60,748 bases of DNA, taken from contig JBIPSI010000031.1 of the NCBI GenBank assembly GCA_044070495.1, positions 1 to 60,748 of the forward strand, given 5' to 3'. The first letter of the stretch is position 1. Every line of letters starts with the position of its first letter. The stretch is from Spirulina sp. (GTDB lineage: Bacteria > Cyanobacteriota > Cyanobacteriia > Phormidesmidales > Phormidesmidaceae). Positions 40,249 to 48,847 of the stretch are shown in pieces. The position numbers and the translations under genes were made by a program. The notes under the pieces are model-generated. The model was given only the letters and a program-made list of their open reading frames with translations, searched no databases and was not told where the DNA came from.

Positions 40249-40298
40249 GCAACACCCTTCAACCCGCTTCCCTCCTTACTGTTTCCCAGCCTGGTGCT

Positions 40299-41357
40299 AT
40301 GGCTACCCAACCCTCCCCCACAAAATTGGCTCAGTGGCTGATGCAGGCTAGCAAAGCTGGTCAGCGCGGCTTTACGTTGCTTGAATTGCTGGTCGCCATG
40401 ATCATCGGGTCGATGATTATGGGGAGCCTCCTGTTTTTGGTGGTAGAACTGATGCAGGTCAACCGCCGGGAAGAGGTGCTCACCCAAACCCAGCAGGATA
40501 TGCAGCGGGCCATTAACTATATCAGTAGCGATGCCCGTGAGGCGGTGTTTGTCTACTCCACACCGATGGCCATTGTAGACCCCGAAGCTGGCGGCACTGA
40601 TACTCTGGTATCGGAACTGGGGATCACCGTTGATGCCTCTGGGGTGGTCACCGCTCCGGCAGCCCTAGCGGGAGCGACGCCTATCCTGGCCTTCTGGCGA
40701 CTGGATCCGATACCTGCGGGTAACGGCATTTGGGCGAAAGACTGCACTAAGGCTTTTTCTGGAGCCAAAACCGACGAATGCAACACCCTGCAACTGCGCC
40801 AGAATTTCTATACCCTGGTGGTTTATTTCCAGCGGCCCAACCAGGCGGGGGGCTTTTGGGGTGGCCCCTCCAGCATTCTGCGCTACGAACTGCCCAAATA
40901 CAACGCCAGCGACATCGCAACCCTCACCCAGCGCCAGGGCTATTCAGACCCCACGGGCTGCAACAGCTTTGAAAACTGGAGCGCCCCCCCAGGGCGGGAT
41001 GCTGCCGACCCCTGCGACGCGGCTAACACCGGTGCTCCCACCATTAACCCTGTCGTACTCACCGACTACGTAAACCTGGCCAATCTTACTCCTGATCCCA
41101 TTTGCACCGGGGTTTCAACTCCTAGTGCTGCGGATGCTAGGGGCTTTATGGCCTGTGTTAACTCTGGCGTGGCTGCCGCCGGAGAACCAGGGGCCAACCA
41201 AACCCTGCGGATTTTCCTTCAGGGCAACGCCACTGAGGGTCGTCCTGGCCTCATTACCACCTTCAGCGATGCGGGCAATTTGCCCACCCTCGAAGCCGAA
41301 GTGTTGGTGCGTGGTGTATTGAACAAACAGCCCCTAGGGGTAAACGCCACGCCCTAG
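40299..41357 (+). CDS. hpsC: Type IV minor pilin (HpsC/PilW-like)
   Basis: G|FTLLELLVAMII; QQDMQRAINYI..D.REAVFVY; PILAFW. Confidence 0.85.
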   Translation: MATQPSPTKLAQWLMQASKAGQRGFTLLELLVAMIIGSMIMGSLLFLVVELMQVNRREEVLTQTQQDMQRAINYISSDAREAVFVYSTPMAIVDPEAGGTDTLVSELGITVDASGVVTAPAALAGATPILAFWRLDPIPAGNGIWAKDCTKAFSGAKTDECNTLQLRQNFYTLVVYFQRPNQAGGFWGGPSSILRYELPKYNASDIATLTQRQGYSDPTGCNSFENWSAPPGRDAADPCDAANTGAPTINPVVLTDYVNLANLTPDPICTGVSTPSAADARGFMACVNSGVAAAGEPGANQTLRIFLQGNATEGRPGLITTFSDAGNLPTLEAEVLVRGVLNKQPLGVNATP

Positions 41358-41400
41358 GGGCCCTACTTCTTGTTGTCGTCGCTGTCTATTCGGTTGAACC

Positions 41401-41955
41401 ATGAAACGCCCTCCTGCTTTACTCCAACGGTGTCTGGCCAACCAGCGCTCCCAGTCGGGTTTTACCCTGCTAGAGGTGCTCGTGGTGGTGATTATTGTGG
41501 GTATTCTGGCCGGAATCGCAGCACCGGGCTGGCTCGGTTATCTCAACCGTCAACGATTGGGGGCCGTTCGCAGCGACCTTGTTCAAACCCTGCGCACCGC
41601 CCAGCAAGATGCTCAACAACGGCGTCAAAGCGTCGCCGTAACGGTCACCAACGAGGGAGGGCGTCCAACCTTGAGGGTCGGTGAATTTCCCCAAATTCTG
41701 GGCAGCGACAGCAACCCTGGCAATGTGCAGCTTACCTCCTACAGTTTCAAGGCCGACGGCACCAGAGACACCACTATCACCAGCCTCACCTTCGACTACC
41801 AAGGCATTCCCGTAGAAGGAGACAGGATCCCCTTCGTCATCAGCATCAGCACCCAAGGATCCACCGCCCAACAGTGTGTGATTGTGGCCAACTTGCTCGG
41901 TAGCCTCAAAACCGCCGACGGAGAAGCCTGCAATGCTCCTCCCCCGGCTTTCTAA
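41401..41955 (+). CDS. Type IV minor pilin (FimU/FimT-like, hpsD position)
   Basis: G|FTLLEVLVVVIIVGILAGIAAPGW; C-terminal CVIV..LLG...C. Confidence 0.88.
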   Translation: MKRPPALLQRCLANQRSQSGFTLLEVLVVVIIVGILAGIAAPGWLGYLNRQRLGAVRSDLVQTLRTAQQDAQQRRQSVAVTVTNEGGRPTLRVGEFPQILGSDSNPGNVQLTSYSFKADGTRDTTITSLTFDYQGIPVEGDRIPFVISISTQGSTAQQCVIVANLLGSLKTADGEACNAPPPAF

Positions 41956-42020
41956 ACTGGGTGATAGCCATGGCCCAGGAGAGGGGTTCCGGTCTTTATT
42001 GTCTCGAGTGATGAGCGACG

Positions 42021-42695
42021 ATGAACGTATTGGTGATTGATGTCGGTGGCAGTAATGTCAAAATTCTAGCTACGGGGCAGGACGCATCTCGCAAATTTCC
42101 GTCGGGAACTAGCCTGACACCCCAACTGATGGTAGCGGGGGTGAAGGAACTGGCCGCAGACTGGCCCTACGACGTGATTACCCTCGGCTATCCCGGCGTG
42201 GTACATCAGGGGCAAATTGTCCAAGAACCGCGCAACCTGGCGGCGGGCTGGGTGGGCTTTAATTTTGAAGTGGCCTTTGGTAAACCCGTGCGGTTACTGA
42301 ACGATGCCGCCATGCAGGCCCTAGGGGGATACCAGGGCGGCACGATGTTGTTTCTAGGCCTGGGTACGGGCCTGGGATCGGCCATGGTGGTGGAGGATGT
42401 GGTGGTGCCTTTGGAATTGGCCCACCTACCCTACAAAAAGGGCACCTACGAAGACTATCTAGGCAAACGGGGGCTAGCCCGCCTAGGCAAAAAGAAGTGG
42501 CGCAAGCATGTGGATCGCTGCGTGGGCTACTTTACCGCCGCCCTGCAACTGGACGATGTAGTACTAGGGGGTGGCCAGGTCAAAGAGTTGAAACAACTGC
42601 CTCCCGGCTGTCGGGCAGGGCAAAATAGTAACGCTTTTGTGGGCGGGTTTCGCCTCTGGGAAAGCGATAAATCAGCCTTCCATGTGGCCTCGTGA
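42021..42695 (+). CDS. ROK family kinase (polyphosphate glucokinase-like)
   Basis: IDVGGSNVK, LGYPG, NDAAMQALG, LGLGTGLGSA, ELAHLP. Confidence 0.88.
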   Translation: MNVLVIDVGGSNVKILATGQDASRKFPSGTSLTPQLMVAGVKELAADWPYDVITLGYPGVVHQGQIVQEPRNLAAGWVGFNFEVAFGKPVRLLNDAAMQALGGYQGGTMLFLGLGTGLGSAMVVEDVVVPLELAHLPYKKGTYEDYLGKRGLARLGKKKWRKHVDRCVGYFTAALQLDDVVLGGGQVKELKQLPPGCRAGQNSNAFVGGFRLWESDKSAFHVAS

Positions 42696-42828
42696 TGGGG
42701 TTCGGGTGCAGTGGCCCAAGGCCCTGGTAGCCCTCGCCCTAAATCCCTCTCCCCACAGGAGAGGGACTTTGAGTCTTTCTAGTTCTCATCTCCCACAGGG
42801 AGAGGGGCTGGGGGTGAGGGTTTCCAAA

Positions 42829-43317
42829 TTAGCTCATGGCGGTGCTGCTACGGTCGTAGGCCGCGAAGTCGTGGGGACGCTTGCCTTGGATGTGGCTTTC
42901 GTAGCGGATGGCTTCCTCTAGGGGCAAGCCCACCTCGGCGGCAAGGCGCACCATCATGCCCTGTTCGCGCTTGCGGCTACGCTGGTGACGACGAATAAAC
43001 AGGTTCCGGGCCAGTTCAGGAATGCCGCTGGCACCGACTTCGGCCACGGCAGCGGGTTGAACAACCACGGGCGCAACCACGGCAGGTTCAACGACGACGG
43101 ACTCCACCACGGCAGGCGCAGCCACGGGAGTCATCGTCCCTGTGTGGTAGGGCACACCCCGCCAGGTAAGGTCAGCAGCGGGTTGGGCGGGCAGTTCGGC
43201 CACCGCACGGAAGGCCACCGTTGCCCCGCGATAGGTTCCGGTTTCAAGGGTTTCCCCCAGCTTGGGCATGGGGTTGGGCGTATAGTCGTAGCTGACGCCG
43301 CGATAGGTCAATTTCAT
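42829..43317 (-). CDS. gifB: Glutamine synthetase inactivating factor IF17 (DUF4278 repeats plus IF7-like C-terminus)
   Basis: MKLTYRGVSY..TYRG..LTWRGVPY; C-terminal AR.L..R.HQ..R.REQ.M..R.AAEVG..IQGK...F..YDRS...MS; downstream of the glutamine riboswitch. Confidence 0.88.
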   Translation of the reverse strand: MKLTYRGVSYDYTPNPMPKLGETLETGTYRGATVAFRAVAELPAQPAADLTWRGVPYHTGTMTPVAAPAVVESVVVEPAVVAPVVVQPAAVAEVGASGIPELARNLFIRRHQRSRKREQGMMVRLAAEVGLPLEEAIRYESHIQGKRPHDFAAYDRSSTAMS

Positions 43318-43350
43318 AATGTCGCCTCCTAGAAGCGAGTGGCGTTTAGA

Positions 43351-43432
43351 GGCGCGTTCCTTCGGGAATATCCCTACTTCCGTCCCTTTGCTGGCTTGAC
43401 GTATCGATAACCAGGCAGAAGAGATGAACGAT
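43351..43432 (-). ncRNA. Glutamine riboswitch (glnA RNA motif)
   Basis: Minus strand ATCGTTCATCTC...GGGACGGAAGTAGGGATATTCCCGAAGGAACGCGCC, 33 nt upstream of gifB. Confidence 0.93.
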
Positions 43433-43446
43433 TTCTGTGCATGTCT

Positions 43447-43460
43447 GTATCATAGGCTAC
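43447..43460. promoter_or_regulatory. NtcA box overlapping the gifB -10 element (repressing position)
   Basis: GTA-TCATAGGC-TAC; contains minus-strand TATGAT. Confidence 0.8.
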
Positions 43461-43502
43461 GGTTTTGTCTGAATCTGTTTTTTTGACAAATCTACATAAC
43501 CT

Positions 43503-43536
43503 AAAAAGGGAGCCTTGGACTCGAAGTCCAAGGCTC
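43503..43536 (-). terminator. Intrinsic terminator of the SLH gene
   Basis: Perfect 12-bp stem GAGCCTTGGACT/AGTCCAAGGCTC, followed by CCTTTTT on the minus strand. Confidence 0.8.
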
Positions 43537-43583
43537 AGGGCCGAAATCCTCTAGCGAGGATTGGGGTGCTGGGCGGAGATCAT

Positions 43584-44858
43584 CTAGTTGTTCACGGTGA
43601 GGTCGGACTGCACCGTGATGTCGAGGGTGCTGGGGCGAATGACCACCACGGCATTGCTGGCCGTAGCGGTACCGGAATCCCCAGTCAGAATCGCCCCCAC
43701 CACGGAACCCAGGGTGCGGTTGCCGGTGATGGAGGTAAGAATGGACTCGGCGGCGGCGGTGATGACGGCCCCCTGGAGGTCGGTGTTGCTGACGGTTTGG
43801 GTGGCCGCCACGGCGCTCGATTCGGCATTGATGGCGTAGGTGCGGTTGTTCACCGTCAGGCTATCGGCGACGAACTTGGCGGCGGTAATCTGCGCCCCCA
43901 CAATGTTGACCGGGACGATACGGCCCTGCACCGTGCTGCCCACGGGCACTAGGGTCTGACCTTGGGCATTGAGGATCGGCTGGGTGGTTTGGAAGCTGGT
44001 GGCCACGGTTTGGCCAGGGGCCACCACAATATCAATGTCACTATCGCCGGGGTAGCGCACCGCCAGTTGAGTACCGCGAGGCACTACCCCAGAGGTGGCG
44101 GTGGGCGTGGTGGGGTTGCCCGTGGCGTTAAAGCCCACAATGTAGTTAGTGGCGCTCATCCCCGCCTGAAGGGCAGGCATCCGGCCCTGGGCCACCATGG
44201 ATTGATAAACAAAGGCCGCGACATCGGCGCGGGTGGCGTTGCTCTGGGGGCGCAGGGTGTCTACGTTGGGGTAGTTCACCACCATCTGCCGTTGGGTGGC
44301 GGCGGCAACAGGGCTGCGGCCATAGTCGGGAATTTGGCTGGCATCCCGGAAGACCCCCAGTACCTCATTGACCGAACCGCTAGGGCTAAAGGTGAGGCCA
44401 TTGGCCAGGGCTACCAGCGCCTGAACCCGAGGAATTTGCTGCTCCGGCTGGAACACATTGCCGGGATAGCCCGACATAAACCCTTGACCGTAGGCATTGG
44501 CAATGGCGCTATAGCCCCAGTAATTCGTAGACACATCGCTAAAGCCAGGGGCCGAGCGGGTAAGGGGTTGGTTAAAGGCATTGCGCACAATGGCAGCGAA
44601 CTGGGCGCGGGTTACCGGCTGGTCGGGCTTAAAGGTGCCATCGGGGAATCCAGCAATAATGCCCTGGGCCGCCAAGCTTTCGATAAAGGGCCGTGCCCAA
44701 TAGCTAGCGCTAACATCGCTAAATTCCGCCGTTTGGGCCTGAGCGGGCAAGGCTAAACCAGCCAGGGCCACTCCGGCCAAGGCTCCAAAGGTCACGGGTT
44801 TTGCGACTTGGCTAAGGGTTGTGGTTAGGGTCGTCATCATCGCGAGTCGTTGCTCCAT
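43584..44858 (-). CDS. S-layer homology (3x SLH) exported protein
   Basis: Signal ending AQA-Q; FSDV..SYWA, GFPDGTFKPDQPVTRAQFAA, GYPGNVFQP, ATRADVAA. Confidence 0.92.
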   Translation of the reverse strand: MEQRLAMMTTLTTTLSQVAKPVTFGALAGVALAGLALPAQAQTAEFSDVSASYWARPFIESLAAQGIIAGFPDGTFKPDQPVTRAQFAAIVRNAFNQPLTRSAPGFSDVSTNYWGYSAIANAYGQGFMSGYPGNVFQPEQQIPRVQALVALANGLTFSPSGSVNEVLGVFRDASQIPDYGRSPVAAATQRQMVVNYPNVDTLRPQSNATRADVAAFVYQSMVAQGRMPALQAGMSATNYIVGFNATGNPTTPTATSGVVPRGTQLAVRYPGDSDIDIVVAPGQTVATSFQTTQPILNAQGQTLVPVGSTVQGRIVPVNIVGAQITAAKFVADSLTVNNRTYAINAESSAVAATQTVSNTDLQGAVITAAAESILTSITGNRTLGSVVGAILTGDSGTATASNAVVVIRPSTLDITVQSDLTVNN

Positions 44859-45174
44859 GGAAACACCGTGGTCGTCGTAGAAGGGTCGCAGTAAAAAGCG
44901 TTGTCTGCCGTCACAGTCTGCTCATCCTTAGACCCCTGTGCAAGGGGGAGTTGTTCCCAGATACCGAACTTTTGCAACGCATTGGCGACTCATTTGTGGT
45001 TAATCCTATCCGTTCTGGGCCATCTCCCCGTTGTTTCCTCGTCAGACTGGCGGCTGCCGGGAATTTATGACAAAATGGCACCACATTCCGCGTTCCTAGC
45101 TATCCTGATATCCAGTCCGGGGCTATCACTGGCGTCTCCCCCCAGTCAGCCCACTCGATTCTAGGTCACTGATC

Positions 45175-46095
45175 ATGGTGCGAGACCCTGGGAAGCATTC
45201 CCCCCCAAGCCCGAAGGCGCTCTTCTCGGCCACCCAAGCGCCCGTGCCCAGCTCGCCCCGATTTTGGGCAGGGCTATTGGCCCAGCGTCCGTTGTTGCTG
45301 CTGGGCAGTTTGTGGCTGGTGATGATCTGTGCCTCGGCGGTGGCGGGCCATCGGCTGCTGTTTGCCGATCCAGGCAAAGATACCCAGGCCCATCGAACAC
45401 AATCCCAAGCCATCGTTCCCCAGGCGAGGGGTCAGTCGGTGTCTCCATCCGAGGTCAATGGGGAAGCCGACGATGCGGCCCCGACTCGCCAAGGCCTTAA
45501 GGTAACCTTCTGGGGGCTGAGCAGTTTGGTGGGGATCTGCGCCCTCGGCAGTGTGGTGATTAGCCAGCAGGCTAAGGCGGCGGCTCGTCGTCGGCCCAAG
45601 CGTCGGGTGCGACGGGTGAAGCCCAAGGCCAAAGCAAAGGCCAAGGCACCCACCGGGCCAAAGCGGTTGTCGCCCTACTCCCCAGATCGGGATGCGGTGA
45701 TTGTGAAGGGTGCCCAAGCGGTGACGGATACCTTGCCCTTATCCCTGGCTGAATCCGAATCCGAATCCGAATCCGAATCCGATCTTCTCCTCGATCTTTT
45801 TGATGATAACAGCGCCGATACACCGCCAAGCCCTTCCCTAAATCACGCTGCTTCTGCCCCCCCAGCCCAACCTTCCGTTCAGGGGCAAGGGGGCAAGGGT
45901 AAAAAGTCCCGTCCCGCCGCTATGGCCCAGCCCCCAGCGGCTCAGATCCCCACAATTCAAATAGACGACGACACCACCACCTACTCCGCCGAGGTGCTGC
46001 CTCAGGACGAAGCCCATCCCCTCGACTGGAATGAAGACAGCCTTGCCCATGCCCTCGATCTGCGGCAGCGGCGATCCCTGTCTTCGCTGATGTAG
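45175..46095 (+). CDS. Hypothetical two-TM protein with basic and Pro/acidic tails
   Basis: Two hydrophobic segments; C-terminal HPLDW...SLAH.LDLRQRRSLSS motif; (GAATCC)5 at 45751-45780. Confidence 0.75.
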   Translation: MVRDPGKHSPPSPKALFSATQAPVPSSPRFWAGLLAQRPLLLLGSLWLVMICASAVAGHRLLFADPGKDTQAHRTQSQAIVPQARGQSVSPSEVNGEADDAAPTRQGLKVTFWGLSSLVGICALGSVVISQQAKAAARRRPKRRVRRVKPKAKAKAKAPTGPKRLSPYSPDRDAVIVKGAQAVTDTLPLSLAESESESESESDLLLDLFDDNSADTPPSPSLNHAASAPPAQPSVQGQGGKGKKSRPAAMAQPPAAQIPTIQIDDDTTTYSAEVLPQDEAHPLDWNEDSLAHALDLRQRRSLSSLM

Positions 46096-46228
46096 GTTCC
46101 TAGGGGCGAGGTTTTTGCGTTCTGGCCGCTTGGCGGATTGAGCATCGGGGCTACCGTGCTCGAATGGGGTCTGACAGGCCCGGAACATTTTTCCTTGCAC
46201 GATGGGTTTTCCGCTGCCATGATCGCGA

Positions 46229-47185
46229 ATGGGGCGTGATTCAACGAGCATTACTCGACCAACCTTGAGCGACCTTCCGGTTATTTTCCATCCCGACTAT
46301 GTGGCACCGCTTCCGGCTGGGCATCGGTTTCCCATGCCGAAGTTCGCCCTGCTGAAGGATCGGCTACTGAAGGATGGGGTGATCACCGCCGACCAACTCT
46401 ATCAGCCCGGAGCGCCTAGCCCAGAGTGGCTAGAATTGGTGCATCGGCCCGACTACGTGCAGGCTTACCAGCAGGGCACCCTAGACCCCAAGCTGCAACG
46501 GCGCATTGGCCTGCCCTGGAGCGCCGCCCTGGTGAAGCGCACCTGTACGGCGGTGGGGGGCACCATTCTCACCGCCAAGCTGGCCCTTAGCCGGGGGCTG
46601 GCCTGCAACACCGCTGGCGGCACCCACCACGCCTTTCCCGACTATGGGGCGGGGTTTTGCATTTTTAACGACATCGCCATTGCCACCCGCGTCCTTCAGC
46701 AGCAGGGCCGAGTAAAGCGGGTGCTGGTGCTAGATTTGGACGTACACCAGGGGGACGGCACCGCCTGGATTTTCCGCGATGATCCCAGGGTGTTTACCTT
46801 CTCCATGCACTGCGATGCCAACTTTCCGGCCCGCAAGCAAACCAGCGACCTGGACGTACCCCTGCCCATTGGCATGGAGGACGAGGCCTATCTGCACACC
46901 CTGGCCGAGTATGTGCCGGATTTATTGACCCAGGTGCAGCCCGACCTGGTAATCTACGATGCCGGAGCCGACCCCCACCGCGAAGATCGCCTGGGTAAGC
47001 TAGCCCTCAGCAACACCGGACTGTACGAGCGGGATCATTGGGTGCTGGAGACCTGCGTGGCCGCTGGCTATCCGGTGGCCTGTGTGATCGGCGGCGGCTA
47101 TGGCGACTCCATGGATGACCTAATTTATCGCCATTCCCTGCTGCACCGGGCGGCGGTGGAGGTGTTTCGTCGCCATCATCTATAA
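46229..47185 (+). CDS. Histone deacetylase family protein
   Basis: HRFPMPKF, GGTHHA, GFCIFND, DLDVHQGDGT, GADP, GGGY. Confidence 0.95.
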   Translation: MGRDSTSITRPTLSDLPVIFHPDYVAPLPAGHRFPMPKFALLKDRLLKDGVITADQLYQPGAPSPEWLELVHRPDYVQAYQQGTLDPKLQRRIGLPWSAALVKRTCTAVGGTILTAKLALSRGLACNTAGGTHHAFPDYGAGFCIFNDIAIATRVLQQQGRVKRVLVLDLDVHQGDGTAWIFRDDPRVFTFSMHCDANFPARKQTSDLDVPLPIGMEDEAYLHTLAEYVPDLLTQVQPDLVIYDAGADPHREDRLGKLALSNTGLYERDHWVLETCVAAGYPVACVIGGGYGDSMDDLIYRHSLLHRAAVEVFRRHHL

Positions 47186-47201
47186 GACCTCTCCCCTAGC
47201 C

Positions 47202-47267
47202 AGATCCCAGGGGTCTGTCCTCGGTCGCTGCACAATAGAACCGACCTGTCCAAGACCCCTGGGATCT
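47202..47267. repeat. 66-bp inverted-repeat element, copy 2
   Basis: Perfect 15-bp IR AGATCCCAGGGGTCT/AGACCCCTGGGATCT with 36-bp spacer, between convergent genes. Confidence 0.85.
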
Positions 47268-47283
47268 TTGGGAGACAGGGAGC

Positions 47284-48588
47284 CTAGACCGTGGGCAGGG
47301 GCGCAAAGATGGTCAGGCCGTTGGGGATGCACTCAAATTCGACGGGGTTGGCTTCCACCATTTCGCCATCGATCACCAGGCGCTGCGGTGGGTCGGTGGT
47401 GATTTTCAGCTTGGGGGTGCGGAAACCGAGGATGTCTTCTCGCTGGCTGGGGTTGCCCCGCGTGGCCGAGGCCGCCAAGGACATCAGGGCCGTGAGGTTT
47501 TGCAGGCGGGTTTGTCCGGTGGCGATGGTCACCTCCATGAGGCCATCGTCGGGAATCACCCGCCCTAGCCCCTGGGCCAAAACCGAGGTAGGGGGGGCCA
47601 CATTGGCGATGGTAATGGCGGTGGTGGTGAACTGGGTAACTTGGCCCTCAAACTCTACGGTGGCGGTGAAGGGTTGGGCGGTGGCCAGTTGCTTCACCCC
47701 CGCCAGCAGGTAGGCCAGGTTGCCCAGTTCGTTCTTCAGTTCGCGGCTGGCCTTGTCTACCATACCCGCCTCAAAGCCCAGCCCCGCCAGCAAAATCATC
47801 GGAATGTCGTTGCAGCGGGCGGCATCCACCACATGGGTATTGCCCGCCAAAATGGTGGCACAGGCGGCGCGGAGGTTAGTGGGAATCCCTAATCCTACGG
47901 AAAAGGCGTTGGCGGTGCCGCGAGGAATAATGCCCAGGGGAATGCCCGTGCCAATGGTGGCCCCGGCCACGGCGGAAACGGTGCCATCGCCCCCGGAGGC
48001 AATAATTAGGCTCTGGCCAATGTCGTTTTCTTGCTTCGACTTAATATTGGCGATGATCTCCCGGGCCTGATCCGCTGGATCGACATTGGGCTGGGTCATG
48101 ATCACGTTGACTAAAATCTGCGGCTCCAGCATCTCGCGGATGGTGGCGAGGTCGATGTTGGGGTTACCCTGCCCTGCCACTGGGTTGAAGATCATGTAGG
48201 CCACGGGGCTTTGGGCCAAGCCGCGCAGCATCAACCTAGCCGAAGCCTCGGTGCAGGCGATGGGAATATCGTGAATTTGGCAGGCCCGCAGCACTAAGGG
48301 AAAGTTTGGAGAAGCCGTCGCCATGGACTGGGGATCGGCTAAGAAAAACACCCCGGCCACCTCCCCGGCCAAAATTTGGTTGGCCAAGACGATATCGCCC
48401 CCGGCCTCGATGCTGGGAAGGGTGACCCAGTGGGGTTTGGTGCTGCCCCACCGTTGCTCCAGGGTGGCGATCATCTCCGGCGTGGTCAACAGGTCAAAAT
48501 GATGGAGCACCTGGGGATTGTGCAGCAGCCAGTCCACTAGGGGGCCGACTTGGGCGGGGTGGGCTAATAAAGCCAGCGTGCTTGGCAT
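47284..48588 (-). CDS. YegS/BmrU-family lipid kinase fused to a degenerate methylglyoxal-synthase-like domain
   Basis: IFNPVAG, SGGDGT, PRGTANAF, IDGE (DAGK); N-terminal LALLAH...GGD...FLADP...LRAC..H.IP.A (MGS-like). Confidence 0.88.
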   Translation of the reverse strand: MPSTLALLAHPAQVGPLVDWLLHNPQVLHHFDLLTTPEMIATLEQRWGSTKPHWVTLPSIEAGGDIVLANQILAGEVAGVFFLADPQSMATASPNFPLVLRACQIHDIPIACTEASARLMLRGLAQSPVAYMIFNPVAGQGNPNIDLATIREMLEPQILVNVIMTQPNVDPADQAREIIANIKSKQENDIGQSLIIASGGDGTVSAVAGATIGTGIPLGIIPRGTANAFSVGLGIPTNLRAACATILAGNTHVVDAARCNDIPMILLAGLGFEAGMVDKASRELKNELGNLAYLLAGVKQLATAQPFTATVEFEGQVTQFTTTAITIANVAPPTSVLAQGLGRVIPDDGLMEVTIATGQTRLQNLTALMSLAASATRGNPSQREDILGFRTPKLKITTDPPQRLVIDGEMVEANPVEFECIPNGLTIFAPLPTV

Positions 48589-48847
48589 AGTAAACACCTA
48601 ACAAAGGGAACGGGCCTGGGCTGTCGTGAGGTCAGCGAATTGGGGAGACTGTCAAGATTCCTTGCAAGATTCCTCGCCCCTCACCTTAGACGGAGCAAAG
48701 GACAGGCGGAGGTTTGGCCACCCTCGCTATGATATTAGTACCGGGGTCAAGGAGATAGGAATGGGTGATTGCGGTTTGTGAAAAAACAACCTCGATAGGC
48801 CATCCTACGTTCCCCATGGCTCAGGCTGGTGTATTCAGGGCTGTGCC

